A DNA stretch of 19,745 bases from Candidatus Hydrogenedentota bacterium (GTDB lineage Bacteria > Hydrogenedentota > Hydrogenedentia > Hydrogenedentales > GCA-2746185): positions 1-19,745 of the forward strand of contig JAYGCN010000330.1 in assembly GCA_046583315.1 (NCBI GenBank), read 5' to 3'. The translations under genes were made by a program, and so were the position numbers. Positions 16,831-19,745 of this stretch are shown here, piece after piece. The notes under the pieces were generated by a model. That model was not told the DNA's origin. It saw nothing but the letters and a program-made list of their open reading frames with translations, and searched no databases. Each line of letters opens with the position of its first letter. The first letter of the stretch is position 1.

Positions 16831-16839
16831 TGGTATAAT
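16831..16839 (+). promoter_or_regulatory. Extended -10 promoter element for the diguanylate cyclase gene
   Basis: TGGTATAAT is a perfect TGnTATAAT in an AT-rich intergenic region, 66 nt upstream of ATG 16906. Confidence 0.55.
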
Positions 16840-16905
16840 AACTTTACAACTATATTTTTTTCGCATTAAATGCATTTTCAACCTGGGCAACACAGGGTAA
16901 ATACT

Positions 16906-17868
16906 ATGAAAGTTCTCGTCGTAGAAGATGACCCCACAACGCGCGCTAGCCTGACAAGCCTGCTCCAACGCTATGGCTACGACGTGATTCCCGCATCCAA
17001 CGGCACCGAAGCCCTCGAAATCCTGACCCATATGCCAGTTCCTCCACAACTGATTCTCGCCGACTGGGTCATGCCCGAAATGGACGGTATCGAACTGTGC
17101 AAACGTATCCGCGGGGACAAAACGCTTCCCTACTGCTACATCATTCTGCTCAGTGGACGAGACGAGTCAGAGGACGTTGTGCGCGGGCTTGACGCCGGCG
17201 CTGACGCCTATGTAATCAAGCCCTACAACCCCACCGAACTCCAGTCCCGAATACGGGCCGGTGCACGAATTCTCAAATTAAACGCCCGGCTGGAGCAAGC
17301 CAATCAAACCTTGCAAGTCACCGCGTCCACCGACATGCTGACCAGCCTGCTCAATCGAGGGGCCATTATGAATGTTCTCCAGGATGAATTTGCCCGCGCA
17401 CTCAGAGACGGCACTACCCTTAGCATCGTAATGGCAGACATTGATTATTTCAAAGCAGTGAACGACACCTACGGGCATATCGCAGGAGACCACGTCTTGC
17501 GCGAATTTGCCGTTCTGCTCAACTCCGGACTGCGCACCTACGATTCCGTGGGACGTTACGGCGGCGAGGAATTCATGATCATCATGCCCAATATCCGCAG
17601 AGATGCCAGCGAAGATGCCATCGAGCGACTACGCAGCCGCATAGAAAAATACGCCTTTCAAACAGCTGAAAAGACCCTTCGCTTAACCTCGAGTTTTGGC
17701 ATCGCGTGGGGCCGCCCGGCTGATTTCGGCCAGCCCAATGACTTCATTCGTATCGCCGATTCCATGCTATACACCGCCAAAACCAATGGTCGCAACCGTT
17801 TTCAATGCGCCGATGTCGTCGAATCCGCCCGCCCGGTCTTCGAAACAACCTCCGAAACCAATCCCTAA
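16906..17868 (+). CDS. Response-regulator diguanylate cyclase (REC-GGDEF, WspR/PleD-like)
   Basis: MKVLVVEDD, phospho-acceptor ADWVMPEMDG, KPY; D.LT.L.NR, DIDYFKAVNDTYGH..GD, intact RYGGEEF, I-site RxxD (RTYD), AK..GRN. Confidence 0.95.
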   Translation: MKVLVVEDDPTTRASLTSLLQRYGYDVIPASNGTEALEILTHMPVPPQLILADWVMPEMDGIELCKRIRGDKTLPYCYIILLSGRDESEDVVRGLDAGADAYVIKPYNPTELQSRIRAGARILKLNARLEQANQTLQVTASTDMLTSLLNRGAIMNVLQDEFARALRDGTTLSIVMADIDYFKAVNDTYGHIAGDHVLREFAVLLNSGLRTYDSVGRYGGEEFMIIMPNIRRDASEDAIERLRSRIEKYAFQTAEKTLRLTSSFGIAWGRPADFGQPNDFIRIADSMLYTAKTNGRNRFQCADVVESARPVFETTSETNP

Positions 17869-17895
17869 TAGTCTAAAAGCCAAGAGGATTGGGAC

Positions 17896-19005
17896 ATGTC
17901 ATACCACTACGACGACTACTATGGACAACCGGACAAAGACACTACATTTTGGGGCATGATGTGCCATCTCGTCTCCTTCGCAGGCATCCTCGGAGCCCCC
18001 ATACCATTAGGAAACATATTCGCACCACTTATTCTATGGATGATCAAAGGAAAACGCATATCCCCCCCCACCCAAAATATCGACCTCATGCCCACACTCG
18101 CCGATCTGCTTCATCTCCAACACAGCGCCACATTCGATGGCAACTCCCTGCGCGCGCACATGCAAGGCCAACCCACCGACAACAAAGACCAATCACTCAT
18201 TTATGCCAAAGCCGAAAACATATACGTCACCGCCGATCCCGTGCACATCATAATGGACGAAAAAACCAAATACGTATTCCGGGGACTGCACGAAGAAAAT
18301 CGGACCAAGACCTGGACAGAAATAGAGGAAATCACCACCCGCCTGTCCCTGCCCGACCACCTCGAAACGCGGAATCAGTCTCCCCCAAGCCAACAGACAC
18401 CACCCCCTATTCAGAGCTATGTGACCGATTTTCTAACCCCTCGATGGAAGCAATACACCAATTTATCGACCTCCACACCTGCCACTTTTCAAGTGCCGCA
18501 CTGGCAATTTCTATTCCCAGATCACGTTACCGATGCAAACGATGCAAATGACAACAAATGGACCATCGTCATCGACGGAAATCCCTTCACACCGTCAAAC
18601 TCCAATTTCTACCTCGCCTACAACAGCACCGAAAGTCCCCCAGAAATCCCCGGCATTCGAAACGTGCCCAACGGCTCCTATCAAGTAAGCATTCTTTGCC
18701 AAACCATAGCCCTCGACGGAAGACAACGCACCACATCCTTTCATTTCAGAACGAAAAAGTTAGAAGAACCCAAACTCTATTCATTAGAACCCAAATCGGA
18801 ACAAGAACCGGCCAAAGAATATGTGGTACTGGGTAACTTCGAAGTCGTCGACGGAAAATTCTACTACCACATCAATCCCGGACGTCCAGAAGACATGACC
18901 TTCATCAGCGGCTTTCGCTTCAGAGATCTCAGCCAACCTCAAGAAAAGGATATCGATGTCGATCACATAAACGAACAACTCAAAGCCCTGGGATATCTAA
19001 ACTAA
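17896..19005 (+). CDS. Chimeric ORF: truncated DUF4870 (Tic20-like) N-terminus fused in frame to a sulfatase C-terminal region; probably non-functional or an assembly chimera
   Basis: aa 1-53 (WGMMCHL...IPLGNIFAPLILWMIK) match the DUF4870 N-terminal helices. From about aa 54, RI...TQNIDLMPTLADLL...FDGNSL and terminal EQLKALGYL match the sulfatase C-terminus. No CxPxR motif and no DUF4870 GKE.LNFQ motif. SD AGAGG. Confidence 0.75.
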   Translation: MSYHYDDYYGQPDKDTTFWGMMCHLVSFAGILGAPIPLGNIFAPLILWMIKGKRISPPTQNIDLMPTLADLLHLQHSATFDGNSLRAHMQGQPTDNKDQSLIYAKAENIYVTADPVHIIMDEKTKYVFRGLHEENRTKTWTEIEEITTRLSLPDHLETRNQSPPSQQTPPPIQSYVTDFLTPRWKQYTNLSTSTPATFQVPHWQFLFPDHVTDANDANDNKWTIVIDGNPFTPSNSNFYLAYNSTESPPEIPGIRNVPNGSYQVSILCQTIALDGRQRTTSFHFRTKKLEEPKLYSLEPKSEQEPAKEYVVLGNFEVVDGKFYYHINPGRPEDMTFISGFRFRDLSQPQEKDIDVDHINEQLKALGYLN

Positions 19006-19027
19006 CGACCAACGCCGCGCGGACAAA

Positions 19028-19744
19028 TCAATCGACAACCTCAATCACCCCCGCCGCACCCATTCCACCGCCAATACACATCGTCACCACGCCATACTTC
19101 TGACCACGCCGCTTCAATTCATGAATAATCTGGGTCGATAATTTTGCGCCCGTACATCCCATCGGATGCCCCAGCGCAATCGCCCCGCCATTGACATTCA
19201 CCTTCTCCGGATCCAGGCCCAACTCACGCGTCACCAGAATTGCCACCGAAGCAAAGGCCTCATTAATCTCAAACAAATCGATATCCTCTAGCGTCAACCC
19301 CGCCATCTCAATCGCCTTCGGAATCGCCACCAACTGCGCCGGCCCCAGATACTTCGGACTATCAGCAGCAACATTGTAACTCAAAAATTTCGCAATAGGC
19401 GTCGCACCCGTTTCCTTCAATCCCTTCTCACTCATCATCACGACAGCCGCCGCCCCATCACTCATTTGGCTGCTGTTCCCTGCCGTATGAAATCCATTCT
19501 TTGGACTCGCGGCAAACGCAGGACGCAACGCAGACAACGCTTCCATCGAAGCATCCGCACGAGGACCTTCATCCGTATCAAATTTTCCGCCCTCAGGCAG
19601 ATCAAGTGCAGTTATCTCATCGGAAAACTTACCCTCGGCAACCGCCGCAGCCGCCTTCTGATTACTCGCCAGAGCGAATGCGTCAATATCCTCGCGACTG
19701 ATATCAAAATCCTTCGCAACATTATCCCCTGCGTTCCCCATACC
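19028..19744 (-). CDS. Acetyl-CoA C-acyltransferase (thiolase), C-terminal part (5' end outside window)
   Basis: TAGNSSQMSDGAAA, EINEAFA, VNVNGGAIALGHPMGCTG, CIGGGMG; the frame stays open to the window end. Confidence 0.95.
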   Translation of the reverse strand, partial: GMGNAGDNVAKDFDISREDIDAFALASNQKAAAAVAEGKFSDEITALDLPEGGKFDTDEGPRADASMEALSALRPAFAASPKNGFHTAGNSSQMSDGAAAVVMMSEKGLKETGATPIAKFLSYNVAADSPKYLGPAQLVAIPKAIEMAGLTLEDIDLFEINEAFASVAILVTRELGLDPEKVNVNGGAIALGHPMGCTGAKLSTQIIHELKRRGQKYGVVTMCIGGGMGAAGVIEVVD

Positions 19745-19745
19745 G

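Noticed and set aside
17889..18551. 220-aa alternative-frame ORF as a frameshifted continuation of DUF4870
   Set aside because: It contains no DUF4870 or sulfatase motifs, so the junction is not a simple frameshift.

Overview
Densely coding bacterial chromosomal window with 17 CDS (two cut by the window edges). I found no RNA genes, CRISPR array or mobile element. Gene style (Tat-exported Gfo/Idh/MocA and DUF362 proteins, an '...LKALGYL' sulfatase tail) suggests a Hydrogenedentota/PVC-like organism, which is an inference only. From left to right: (1) the 3' end of an alpha/beta hydrolase; (2) a 5-gene minus-strand operon of three Gfo/Idh/MocA oxidoreductases, a secreted helical protein and a Tat DUF362 protein; (3) a divergent secreted TIM-barrel sugar isomerase/epimerase plus a PhyH-family dioxygenase; (4) an ECH1-like crotonase divergent from a coupled GlpD-like dehydrogenase / alkyl-DHAP-synthase (AGPS)-like flavoenzyme / atypical glycerol-kinase-like operon; (5) an AlgJ/AlgX-like SGNH protein, a CadA/ZntA-type P1B ATPase, a REC-GGDEF diguanylate cyclase, a chimeric DUF4870::sulfatase-C-terminus ORF and the 3' part of a thiolase. 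The best candidate for an undescribed system is the GlpD/AGPS/kinase operon, read as a glycerol-ether (alkylglycerol) salvage or cleavage pathway. Other notable signals are the DUF4870-sulfatase fusion junction, a Fur-like box over an apparently leaderless metal-ATPase promoter, a decamer tandem repeat, a 16-bp duplication of a stop/start junction, and very strong C>G strand skew. Family assignments come from motif recognition, not database searches.
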